Assembly (NCBI GenBank): GCA_963833125.1
Contig: CAWHWX010000001.1
Span: 1-64,000 of the forward strand
Length of the DNA stretch: 64,000 bases
Source: Candidatus Bathyarchaeota archaeon
GTDB taxonomy: Archaea > Thermoproteota > Bathyarchaeia > 40CM-2-53-6
Reading direction: 5' to 3'
Of this stretch, positions 1 to 9,674 are shown piece after piece; the stretch's first letter is position 1; the number at the start of each line of letters is the position of its first letter. The position numbers and the translations under genes were made by a program. The notes beneath the pieces were generated by a model. That model saw only the letters and a program-made list of their open reading frames with translations. It made no database searches and had not been told where the DNA came from.

Positions 1-38
1 TATGTTCTTGCACTTACTGGTTCGGTTGCGGTCTTGCT
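1..38 (+). other. Probable residual Oxford Nanopore ligation adapter (technical, not genomic)
   Basis: TGCACTTACTGGTTCGGTTGCGGTCTTGCT resembles the ONT adapter TGTACTTCGTTCAGTTACGTATTGCT with errors. AOR homology on the minus strand stops exactly at its edge. Confidence 0.75.
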
Positions 39-157
39 CCCTTTCCCCCAATGAATTGCTCTGCCCAATCAAATCGCAACGGCCCCTCTCGTATGTCGCC
101 GTTCGTAAGGTCTACGTGTAGGATTTTTCCGCAATACGCGCGGCCGGGTTTCAACAT
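39..157 (-). CDS. Aldehyde:ferredoxin oxidoreductase family, N-terminal fragment truncated by the read start
   Basis: Manual translation MLKPGRAYCGKILHVDLTNGDIREGPLRFDWAEQFIGGKG matches the AOR N-terminal pattern YxGKILxVDLT...IGGxG. It lies downstream of a MoaD gene, a common AOR context. Not in the ORF track. Confidence 0.8.
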
Positions 158-296
158 ATGAATCTGACACTAAGGGTGGGGACCCTGAATAATTAATCGT
201 ACTCGCGGTATTGCTTTTCACGAAAAAGGCGCCAGCATCGTGTTGTCGAGATAACCCGCCAGCTTCCTCTTGCAGGTATGGTGAATTGTTACTGTC

Positions 297-584
297 CTAA
301 CCTCCTGATGTAGGAGGGAAAATTACCAGGGTGGTATCTTCTGTGACCTCTGCGGAGAACCCGCCCATCATGGAAACTGAGCGGCCGTTCAAAAGGAAGT
401 TAAGATGAGGCCTGGGACTGCCAGATTGTGGGTCGAATAGGTACTCGTTCAGTTTCTCCCCGTGCTTCGTGGCGAGTGTTTTCAGGATTTCGAGGACTGT
501 GGTCGCTCCTTCAACCTGTAAAGTTTCTTCTCTAACTCCTGCCTTCTCGCGGGCAGCTGCTAAGTATTTCACTGTCACTTTCAA
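297..584 (-). CDS. MoaD/ThiS/SAMP family ubiquitin-like sulfur carrier
   Basis: 95 aa beta-grasp pattern (VKYLAAAREKAG...LLNGR...IFPPTSGG) with a C-terminal GG. Confidence 0.9.
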   Translation of the reverse strand: MKVTVKYLAAAREKAGVREETLQVEGATTVLEILKTLATKHGEKLNEYLFDPQSGSPRPHLNFLLNGRSVSMMGGFSAEVTEDTTLVIFPPTSGG

Positions 585-678
585 GACGCAAGATTCCGTT
601 TGGGTAAGGTGTGAGTGCCTGGTTTTGCCTGCCGCCTATAAACGATACTTGGGTCTCGATAGCCGGGAACAGGGTCTC

Positions 679-822
679 TTACGTCTCTCTGGCTCCCTCC
701 TCGCCAACTTTCTTGATCTTACCTTGAATTCCGACTGGGAGCTGGTAGCCGCAGATTTTGCACATCCAAGCCTCGTCGTAGTCGTGGCAGCAGCCCTCCT
801 CCCCCTTCTTCCCCTTCCCCAT
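679..822 (-). CDS. Small Cys-rich (zinc-binding-like) protein, 47 aa
   Basis: Manual translation MGKGKKGEEGCCHDYDEAWMCKICGYQLPVGIQGKIKKVGEEGARET*, containing CCH...CxxCG. Below the ORF-track length cutoff. Confidence 0.45.
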   Translation of the reverse strand: MGKGKKGEEGCCHDYDEAWMCKICGYQLPVGIQGKIKKVGEEGARET

Positions 823-1088
823 GATTCTTCAATGGCACAGGGGGGGTGTTATTTGGCCATCTATTCTGGAACGAATCCGGCTTCTCTACTCGAAGAATAC
901 GTGCTCCTCCCAAGTCTCCAACAATTAATACGGGTCTGCTTGGTCACGGTGCACGAGCTCATATGTACTGGTGAGTTGGTGTAAGAATTGCCTGCGTTAA
1001 AGACACGAAGTATCTTCGCTTGTGACTAAGTGAAGCTTGATATTATGTCCGCAAATGATGCTGAGTAGTGTTGTTTGGAAGGGTTCTT

Positions 1089-2193
1089 TTGAGAATCAAG
1101 AAAATCTCGGTATGGCGAGTAGATCTCCCCTTGCGAGAGGGAGCATACAAGTGGTCTGGGGGCAAATCTGTCACAGTATTTGATAGCACCATTGTTGGAG
1201 TTGAGACGGAAAGTGGCCCAATTGGCTACGGGGAAGTGTGCCCTCTTGGGCCATCCTATTTGCCGGCTTACTCAAATGGTGTTCGCGCGGGCATCAAGGA
1301 ATTGGGACCACACTTACTGGACGAAGATCCGTTAGAACTTACACGCCTCAACCTCCGCATGGACCATGAACTCAAAGGACATCCGTATGTTAAATCAGGG
1401 ATCGACATCGCTTGTTGGGACATTCTTGGCCAAACCACCGGCCAACCACTATGTGTGCTAATGGGGGGACGTTACGGCAAAGATTTCGGCCTCTACCGAG
1501 CCATCTCGCAGGAGTCTCCTCAAGAAATGGCTCGCAGCGTAGAAAACTACCGCGCGCAAGGCTATCGGCGCTTCCAGCTCAAAGTCGGCGGGGATCCAGA
1601 GATCGACATTGAACGCATCCGTGCAGCCTCAGCCAAGCTTCAGCCCGGTGACCGCCTCGTTGCCGACGCGAACACAGGTTGGTTGATGCATGACGCAGTC
1701 CGCGTCGTACGTGCGGTAAATGGTTTGGATGTGTATATCGAGCAACCATGTTTGACTTACGACGAATGCCTCTCCGTTCGCCGCCGCACTACCCACCCCT
1801 TCATTCTGGACGAAGTGATTGACAGCGTCGAGAGCATAGTGCGCGGGAAAGCCGATCTCGCTATGGATGTTGTGAACATCAAGATTAGTAAATTCGGCGG
1901 CCTGACGAAAGCGCGACAGGCGCGTGACTTGTGCGCGTCGCTAGGTATCGCTGTGACGATTGAAGATAGTTGGGGTGGCGATATCACGACCGCTGCTATT
2001 GCGCATCTGGCGCACAGTACACCACCAGATTTCTTGTTTACCACGACGGATTTCAACAGCTATGTCACCGTCGAGACAGTCGAAGGAGCACCACACCGCA
2101 GTCAATGGGCGAATGGCAGCGAGCACTCAACCAGGTCTTGGTATCAAACCGAAGATGGAAGTACTGGGCGAACCAGTAATGATCGTCGAATGA
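1089..2193 (+). CDS. Enolase superfamily (mandelate racemase/MLE), cis-3-hydroxy-L-proline dehydratase-like; one indel near 2095
   Basis: VDLPLREGAYKWSGG, LYRAISQE, FQLKVGG, DANTGW, IEQPC, LDEVID, NIKISKFGG, EDSWGGD and TDFNSY closely follow the recalled c3LHyp dehydratase subgroup. The true C-terminus (VNGRMAASTQPGLGIKP) is in the 1960..2193 frame. Confidence 0.8.
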
Positions 2194-2293
2194 GGCTAAC
2201 TTCCCGCACGATTAGACCGGGATACACTTCTTGAGACGACCGACTCTGCTAGGCACAAGATTTCATTAAGCAATCTCAGTCCAGGTATCGCCT

Positions 2294-3384
2294 ATGTCGC
2301 TCTCATTCACAAACCTCTTCGAACTTGAGAAACTAGCGATGGCGAAGATGCCTAAGGCCGTATTCGATTACATCGTAGGAGGCTCAGGTGATGAAGTGGC
2401 TCTTAGGCGAAACCGTGAGGCCTACAATCACTGGACTCTACGCCCGCACGTTCTGGTAGATGTGGGACAGCGAAACACTTCCACAACAGTTCTCGGTGAA
2501 CGAATATCAATGCCACTCCTCGTAGCGCCCACCGCTTTTCACGGCATGGTTCATCCGGAAGGTGAAATTGCATCGGCGCGGAACTGCGGAGGCTGGAACA
2601 ATATTCATAGCCAGTACCTTAGCGACGAGGTCCCTTGAAGAGATCGCACTCGGTAGAGCCCGCTCCGCGCTGGTTCCAGTTATATGTCTCCAAGGACCGC
2701 AACGCGACTGAGCGTCTAGTGCATAGGGCTGCGAAGGCAGGGTACCGGGCGATCTGCGTTACCGTCGATGCTCCAGTACTAGGTCGCCGCGAGCGGGATG
2801 AGAAGAACGCATTCACTCTTCCTCCGAATCTACGGATTCCTAATCTCGAATTAATCGGAATGGACCATATGGAACGGATTGGTGAGCCTGGTTCGGGTTT
2901 CGCTGCTCACTTCACTAAGATGATTGATCCGACACTGACTTGGAAGGATATTGACTGGCTTGGTTCTGTGAGCCCCTTGCCCTTGGTTCTAAAGGGAATC
3001 ATGACCGGTAAGGATGCGAAGCTTGCTGTTGCGCATAATGCAAAGGGAATAATCGTTTCTAACCATGGGGGGAGGCAGTTGGATGACACGGTTGGCACAT
3101 TGGATGCCTTGCCCGAGGTCGTTGAAGCTGTTCAAGGTAAAGTAGAGGTGTTAGTAGATGGCGGAATCCGTCGTGGAACCGACATCCTCAAGGCCATAGC
3201 GCTTGGAGCTCAAGCCGTCCTTTTGGGCCGACCGATCTTATGGGGATTGGCCCTTTCAGGCAGACAAGGAGTTAAGGCGGTTCTCGAACACTTGCGCATG
3301 GAACTCGATTCAGCAATGGCCCTAACTGGCCGAAGAACCATAGGCGAGATCGATCGAAGCCTTGTGCAACAAACGCTGAGTTAG
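2294..3384 (+). CDS. FMN-dependent alpha-hydroxy acid oxidase/dehydrogenase (lactate/glycolate oxidase family), split by indels
   Basis: FDYIVGGS, APTAFHG, WFQLY, TVDAP, SNHGGRQLD and DGGIRRGTD motifs spread across two ORFs. Confidence 0.9.
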
Positions 3385-3914
3385 AGAGTGACTTGCCCCG
3401 GCATCCAGTTTACCGGGCACGGCTTACCAGTCTGCAACGCTTGGAGAACCCTCAGGACCTCAGCGACATTCTGGCCAAGATCAGGGTCAATCATCATCTG
3501 GAACCTAACTCGGCCTTTTGGATCAATGATGAATGTTCCCCTGAGTGGCTCGCCTGACTTTTCATCGAGGATATCGTACGCCCTGCAGACTTCCTTCTTG
3601 AAATCACTGAGCAGAGGGTACTCAACCCTGGGCTGAAGTTGTTTTATCCAAGCCTCATGAGAGGAGATACTGTCAGCACTGACTCCAAACACCTCAGCGT
3701 TAAGCCGCTGAAAATCCGCGTATCTCCTCGCAAATTCAGGAACCTCAGTACTACAGACTGAGGTGAAATCTCCCGAATAGAAGAAAAGGACGACCCACTT
3801 CCCGCCTTCAGATCCTTCACTGGTGAGCTTCTTTGAAAGTTCAATCTCCCCCTTAGTCGACATTAGCTTGAAGTTTGGTGCAGGGTCAAGCACTCGGACC
3901 ATTCTAATCAACAC
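3381..3914 (-). CDS. 2-Cys peroxiredoxin (AhpC/Prx1 type)
   Basis: FFYSGDFTSVCSTE peroxidatic Cys motif, RGTFIIDP, and the resolving Cys in CPVNW. Confidence 0.9.
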   Translation of the reverse strand: MLIRMVRVLDPAPNFKLMSTKGEIELSKKLTSEGSEGGKWVVLFFYSGDFTSVCSTEVPEFARRYADFQRLNAEVFGVSADSISSHEAWIKQLQPRVEYPLLSDFKKEVCRAYDILDEKSGEPLRGTFIIDPKGRVRFQMMIDPDLGQNVAEVLRVLQALQTGKPCPVNWMPGQVTL

Positions 3915-4029
3915 AAATCTCGCTTGCTGTTCCCTTAAACTCGATGGTTAATTGTGGTCAGAATCTCCTGAAACGCTCATTAATCTGAGTAAAGCTAATT
4001 CGTTTGCTGGAATCTCAGATTTGGATTGG

Positions 4030-4467
4030 TTGAGGCGTAGGATTCTTCTCTTGGGAATATTCGCGCTCCTCGTTGCAAGTCTCCCCAGCGCATCAGCGCA
4101 ACCGCCCTGCCTCGTTCAGAACATTAACTACGATTTCCCATCCTCAGTAACTCTGGGCCAGCAGATCACAGTCACGACTCACCTTACGGCAACATGCGTT
4201 CAGTGGCCGCCCTACGCGAACGAGTACAGTATCCGCGTCGACCTCACCAACGTAGCCACTGGCTACGTCCTATCAACTACTTCCTACCAGGTGGGCTATG
4301 CGCAAACATACATCGACCAAGCCTTCCTTAACACCGCCACAGCACCCAACTCCCCAGCCAACTGGTTACTCAGGGTTGACGTGTACATTTGGGGAGGAAG
4401 CGGACAGCTGCTCATTCACATGTACGGATTACGCGAAACTCCCAGTTGGATGAACCTAAGCGACTAG
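4030..4467 (+). CDS. Secreted/surface hypothetical protein
   Basis: Signal peptide RRRILLLGIFALLVASLPSASA-Q followed by a Thr/Val-rich beta-strand domain. The C-terminus may be frameshifted. Confidence 0.6.
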   Translation: MRRRILLLGIFALLVASLPSASAQPPCLVQNINYDFPSSVTLGQQITVTTHLTATCVQWPPYANEYSIRVDLTNVATGYVLSTTSYQVGYAQTYIDQAFLNTATAPNSPANWLLRVDVYIWGGSGQLLIHMYGLRETPSWMNLSD

Positions 4468-4538
4468 GTTCCGTTAAGGAACGTTAGAGCCACAACTTTT
4501 AGCGTGCGTGGAATTCTTTGACTGCAGCGGCATTGGAT

Positions 4539-5055
4539 TTAGGTGAGTTGAAAATCTGCCGTCCATGTCCCAGAGATTGGTGCTGGTTGGTTTAGTTGGA
4601 TTTGACTAAAGTCTGAGCTTGTGAATGTGATCGTCCCGTCGAAGACGCCTGTTCCCTGAGTCGAGGTTAAAGTGCCGCTCCACTCCCCCTGCCCAACGAA
4701 GGTAGCTGTGCCACACCAGAAGAGGAAGTAGCACGCGTAAACCGTCCCGGACAACCTCCTGAATCGACCCCGATAGGATGCTGCCGTTACGCGCTCCAAC
4801 CCATAATCCGCTGGCGGTTATTGGTATTTGGCCGATTGAGGTTTGGAGATTTCCGTTAAGGATCATATTCATGGATACTGAATTTCCGTTGACGACAGCG
4901 TTCTCCAGGTTTCCGTTCAATGAGTATCCGGTTAGGTCTAACGCGAATGTACCTTCGCCAGCGCTGGCCATTACCGGAAGGAAAGAGTAGCTCAACGTGG
5001 CAACGAGCAGCAACAATGCTACTCCAAAAACTATAACACGGTTCGAGTTCGTCAA
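4539..5055 (-). CDS. Secreted hypothetical beta-rich protein, one indel near 4760
   Basis: Signal peptide MTNSNRVIVFGVALLLLVATLSYSFLPVMASA. The C-terminus continues in the 4539..4799 frame (GTVYACYFLFWCG...GTWTADFQLT). Confidence 0.6.
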
Positions 5056-5527
5056 AGGTGTTCTTTTTTGTTTGTGGGTCTCGCAGCTTAAGAGTCCGAT
5101 GTGACGCGAACACGTCTATGGCAACGCGTAGCTGAAGTGTTGAAGAAACCGGGGTTAAGCAGGTGATCGCAAATTCCAGCCTCGCTGAACATGCGTCATC
5201 GAGGATTGTAAGATGGGCTAATGGGACGTTGCCAGCTACCAGTTGAATCTCTCGTTAGAGTCGGGTAACTACAAAACATCTAAGCGTAGTTGGGTTGGTA
5301 GAGAGCCAGTCTTGACGGACCTCCGCAGCTATTCGTCAGCGTCTAGTCATCTGGTTCTCGCTGGCTTCGCTGCATCACGAGGCGTTGCTTCTAGTCTACG
5401 TTTGGCATTGGCTCAGCCTCCAAGGTAACGGAAGCAGCTTTCAAGTCATTTTCAAGGCGCGATATGGTCAGGTTATCAACGGAAGCGTCTGTCTTATTGT
5501 AATACGTGACTCGTTGTCTTGGTGAGT

Positions 5528-6023
5528 ATGCAACTAAGACTTGCGATCTTCCTCCTGGTTGCAGTCGCATTAACAACCATACCTACAAACACCTATGCGC
5601 AGACCTCTCGGTCAACAACATCAATCATCTCTCTCAATTACTACCCCAAAGTCGCTGTGGACTCTATGACTACGGTGAGTTTCGATGTATTTACTCCACG
5701 AATCAGAAAGTCTGGTTGATGACTGCCATAAGTTGCGAGGCAAATGAGACGAATTGCAGTTCAGCTTCAATGAATGGTGTAGATGCCTCACCATTTCAAT
5801 GTAACTCAGCAACCCGTTCGGTAATCAGTCGTCTCTCAATTTTGAAACTTGCTACCTTACCGTGTCGGGAAGCGGTGCTGATTTCTTTAGCTACAACATT
5901 TCATTCAGTAAGGCCGGAACTTACGACTTGACGGCAATGGCCCAGCTCAATCATCCTGGAAATTCGACCTATATTCCTGGATCTCAGAGTGAAAGCCAAA
6001 CCATGATCATTACAGTGACCTGA
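5528..6023 (+). CDS. Secreted Cys-containing hypothetical protein with several N-x-S/T sequons, split by indels
   Basis: Signal peptide MQLRLAIFLLVAVALTTIPTNTYA-Q. Reading across frames gives ...CEANETNCSS...FQCNSA...YNISFSKAGTYDLTA...TMIITVT*. Confidence 0.55.
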
Positions 6024-6028
6024 ACCAA

Positions 6029-6061
6029 GTAGCCTCCGCTCCATGCGGAGCGGAATGCTAC
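6029..6061. terminator. Stem-loop between convergent genes
   Basis: GTAGC-C-TCCGCTCC-ATGC-GGAGCGGA-AT-GCTAC inverted repeat between the stops at 6023 and 6091. Confidence 0.45.
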
Positions 6062-6090
6062 AACGGCTCGTATTCCGTAGGGTTACGTCT

Positions 6091-7677
6091 CTACTCGGGG
6101 GGTATCATTCTGTGCATCTTATCGACTGGTATGCCTCTTGACTTCTGGATGGCGTAGGATACGAAATAGATGACTAACCCTATCACGAATAGCGCGGCAA
6201 CCACGGTGATGTACTGCGGGTTAAGTGGCCCTACTAAAGCCGGCAGCATAGAAGCATAGGCGATGAGTAGTCCCATCGGTATGCTGATAGCCCCCACGAT
6301 CACGATTATTGGAACTCCAGCTATCTTTCTAGTTGTGAGCGGCGGTGAGAGGCTAAAGACATCTCCGCGAACTCGTGGGAAGAGAACTCCGGCTACGCCC
6401 ACGATCGCCACACTGATGAAGGAACCCGTTATAACATAGGTGAAGAACGCGGCTATCGACGTGTAGACAGTTAAGTAGACAAACAACAAGTCGATGATAA
6501 TCACGGTCAAAGTCGCAATGTACGGCACATGATACCTCTCGTTGACTTCGCTGAATTTTCTGGGAATAACAGCATCGAAACTCCAAGCAAACAAACATCT
6601 TACCGACGTAAAACTAGCCGCGAGCATGTATCCGAACAACGTTGCAAGCAACCCTATACCCATGATCCATTCAACGACTGCGTTCTTGGTGCCATATCCG
6701 GCCAAGAATTGCAGTATCGGTAACCCTGTGGGAAGGGTGTACGCAGAATTCCCGTTCAAAGCAAGATACGCAATAGACGCCAAAAAGTCATGACCCATCG
6801 CCGAATAGGTTACGAGCGCTACAAAGAACATCAGAACGATGTATACGATCGGCGCCCCCAACATCGCAATCACCTGCGAGCGTTGCGGATTCTTCACTTC
6901 GCCCCCAGTGTAGACCGATGCGGTGAACCCCCACACGGCTAGTAGGGTGTAGACCACGCCGAGCATAGTGTCCGAAGCATTGTAGGTGAGGTTTGCTCCT
7001 GCGCTCTGCGCCGTAGATATGACCGTGTTATACTGTGTAGTTGAAAGTGAATTGAAGTTTGAAATGAACTGAGCTATCGGTGTGGTGCCAATTGCGAAAA
7101 GGTAAACCAGTACGGAAAAGGTGGTTATTACGAAAAAGAGGCCTTTGAGCTTGAAGGTCATGCCTGTCCCGAAGAATAATGCTATGGGCAGGATGACCGC
7201 GAAGATTGCCCCTATAATGAATTGACTGGAGGTTGTCGTTAGGCTAGTAGCCAAGGTGGCCAGTCCAGGATCTCCGTTTATGCCACTCAGAGCGTTGAGC
7301 ATGGGGCCTAACGCCATCGTACTGATCCATACTGCTTCGACGCCGATGACCGAGATGTTGATGATCGTTGCGACAAAATTGATCATGAACCCTACTGATG
7401 GATGAAGGATACGGCCTACGAAGACATAGTCGCCCCCGGACCGCGGAAAAGCCGCGGAAAACTGCGCGTAGATGTAGGCTACGAGGAGGGAGGGAATCAA
7501 AGCCAGCAGAGCTGAAATGGGAAGATAGGCTCCAGGAAAGAGCCCCTGGCCTATGACCAGAAAAATCAACATGAACGCTGGGCTAGTGAACATCAGGTTC
7601 AGTACGAAGGCTCTGTACGCTGAGATTTCTCGAACGAGTCCAGTCGCTTCTCTTTCGAAGACTTTGCCTTTTGACAA
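6091..7677 (-). CDS. APC superfamily amino acid permease
   Basis: 528 aa with about 12 hydrophobic segments; FEREATGLVREI, FPRSGGDYVF, GGEVKNP, FAWSFD and C-terminal IPPE. Confidence 0.9.
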   Translation of the reverse strand: MSKGKVFEREATGLVREISAYRAFVLNLMFTSPAFMLIFLVIGQGLFPGAYLPISALLALIPSLLVAYIYAQFSAAFPRSGGDYVFVGRILHPSVGFMINFVATIINISVIGVEAVWISTMALGPMLNALSGINGDPGLATLATSLTTTSSQFIIGAIFAVILPIALFFGTGMTFKLKGLFFVITTFSVLVYLFAIGTTPIAQFISNFNSLSTTQYNTVISTAQSAGANLTYNASDTMLGVVYTLLAVWGFTASVYTGGEVKNPQRSQVIAMLGAPIVYIVLMFFVALVTYSAMGHDFLASIAYLALNGNSAYTLPTGLPILQFLAGYGTKNAVVEWIMGIGLLATLFGYMLAASFTSVRCLFAWSFDAVIPRKFSEVNERYHVPYIATLTVIIIDLLFVYLTVYTSIAAFFTYVITGSFISVAIVGVAGVLFPRVRGDVFSLSPPLTTRKIAGVPIIVIVGAISIPMGLLIAYASMLPALVGPLNPQYITVVAALFVIGLVIYFVSYAIQKSRGIPVDKMHRMIPPE

Positions 7678-7830
7678 CGAAACTCAACGACTGCTGAATC
7701 CAGATAGATATAACATTTCGCATGATCCCTCCATTCTTTTCGTGGCCTTCGAGTATTTTTCGAACCTCTAACTGCAGGGGAGGGCAAGATTCATGAATGG
7801 TGCCCCTTTCAGCTCATTTTGGTTTGAGAT

Positions 7831-9150
7831 ATGTCGGAAAGCGAGGCTGGAGTGGATCAGAATGTCAGATACTTGGATTTGGTGGTCAAGAAGAACCCCA
7901 ACCTAGTTTTATTCGCTGCAGAACTTCATCAGCGAAACCTCATCCCCGTAGACACATTCGTTCTAGACCTCGACACACATGTCCACAACGCGAAAGCAAT
8001 GATTGCTGAGGCAAGAAAGTTTGGGATCAAACTGTATTACATGAGCAAGCAAATCAACCGTAATCCAATCGTTGCGCAGGCAGTGGTGAACACAGGGTTC
8101 AATGGTGTTGTCACGGTGGAGCCTCAGGAGATGCGTAGCCTAGTAAGGTACGGAGTCAAGATCGCACACGTGGGACACTTGGTTAACGTTCCAGAAGCTG
8201 AAATCGACTACGTTCTGAAGAATGCACGGCCTGAAGTGATCACAGTTTTCAATGAAGAAAAGGCGAAGATGATTTCGGACTGCGCTGCCCGCCTCGGGTT
8301 GAAGCAGAATCTGTTGATTCGCCCCATGAGTAGTCAGGATGTCCTCTATCCGTATATGGAGGGAGGAGTGCCCGAGAAGGGCGCGTTAGATCTCATCAAG
8401 AAAATAAATTCATTTCCGAACACGAAGGTGGAAGGCGTCACCAGCTTCCCTTGCATCCTCTACGATCTCAAAACAAACAAACCAGTATTCATGCCAAACA
8501 TGGACACTATCACCCGTACCGCCAATGAAGCACGAAACCACGGCATACCAATGCCACAGGTTAACGCACCACCCATGTGCATCACAAAGACCATTGAATT
8601 GTACGCCAAGAAAGGCGCGACCCACCTTGAACCTGGGTTGGGAATGACGGGCATGTCACCCTGGCAGCTCTATCAACCCGAACTGCATCCGGAGATTCAA
8701 GCAGGAGTATACGTCACAGAAGTTTCACACTTCTATGATCAATACGCCTACGTTTACGCGGGTGGGATGAATTACATAGAAATATTCGAAACTGCATACG
8801 ACGGGAAAAGCTTCGTAGCTGATCCTTTGAAGCTAAAGATGAAAGCGATGGTAGGACGAACTCCTGACCAGCTGATGAACAATCCTGTCGACGCTGAGCA
8901 TTATCACGGCATAATTGACTATCACGCTAGGCTCTACAAGAAACCATCAGTCAAAGTAGGAGACACGGTTGTATACGGATATCGAACCCAGATGTTCGTA
9001 AATCGGGCTCAGGTAGCAGTGGTTTCCGGACTAAGAGATAACAACCCGCGACTACTCGGATTATTTGATCACGCCAACAACCTCATCGATCGACACGGAC
9101 ACCTCCTCGGCGAACAAAAGACAATAGACTTGATTAAAGAAAACTCGTAG
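7831..9150 (+). CDS. YhfX-family PLP-dependent protein (alanine racemase-like TIM barrel)
   Basis: LYYMSKQINRNP (PLP Lys), HVGHLVNVP, PEVITVF, GVTSFPCILYD, QVNAP, THLEPG, VYVTEVSH, IDYH and RTQMFVNR are recalled as YhfX signatures. Confidence 0.8.
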   Translation: MSESEAGVDQNVRYLDLVVKKNPNLVLFAAELHQRNLIPVDTFVLDLDTHVHNAKAMIAEARKFGIKLYYMSKQINRNPIVAQAVVNTGFNGVVTVEPQEMRSLVRYGVKIAHVGHLVNVPEAEIDYVLKNARPEVITVFNEEKAKMISDCAARLGLKQNLLIRPMSSQDVLYPYMEGGVPEKGALDLIKKINSFPNTKVEGVTSFPCILYDLKTNKPVFMPNMDTITRTANEARNHGIPMPQVNAPPMCITKTIELYAKKGATHLEPGLGMTGMSPWQLYQPELHPEIQAGVYVTEVSHFYDQYAYVYAGGMNYIEIFETAYDGKSFVADPLKLKMKAMVGRTPDQLMNNPVDAEHYHGIIDYHARLYKKPSVKVGDTVVYGYRTQMFVNRAQVAVVSGLRDNNPRLLGLFDHANNLIDRHGHLLGEQKTIDLIKENS

Positions 9151-9206
9151 ATTCGACAGATACAATGTAAGGATTCTTCAAATGGCGTTGAACATTCGCA
9201 AATTTC

Positions 9207-9653
9207 GTGAGTCGAGACACGAAAGAAACATCAAAGATGCTACTGGATGCGTTCCAATGGTTCCACAAACGGAATAAACGCTCATGGTTATGGAAGTCCC
9301 TCCAACCCTCCAGCGTGATTGCTAACAGTAAGATTCAGGACATTCTCGTCGCAGAGAAAGCGAACAATATCGTTGGTTACATATCATCCACCACAACCCC
9401 CTTCCAAGTTGCTTACATTCCGATGGTGGCAGTTGCTTCACATATGCAGAATGCAGGAATCGGAACAGCCTTACTAAACAGAAAAATGAGGTACCTTCGC
9501 CGACAAAAGGTCCGCAAAGTCTGGTTGCTAGTCACGAACTCCAATGTTCGTGCAATAACATTCTACTTGAAACACAAGTTCGTGATTGAAGGATACTTAC
9601 GCGATCACACAGGACCAGGGTTGGACGAAGTACTCCTGAGCAGGTTCATGTGA
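9207..9653 (+). CDS. GNAT family N-acetyltransferase
   Basis: VAVASHMQNAGIGTALL (motif A) and NVRAITFYLKHKF (motif B). Confidence 0.85.
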   Translation: MSRDTKETSKMLLDAFQWFHKRNKRSWLWKSLQPSSVIANSKIQDILVAEKANNIVGYISSTTTPFQVAYIPMVAVASHMQNAGIGTALLNRKMRYLRRQKVRKVWLLVTNSNVRAITFYLKHKFVIEGYLRDHTGPGLDEVLLSRFM

Positions 9654-9674
9654 AATCATTAGGTGAGATTATCG

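Noticed and set aside
469-984. 171-aa plus-strand ORF and the many other antisense or overlapping ORFs in the track
   Set aside because: They are shadows of well-supported opposite-strand genes or alternative frames, with no family motifs.
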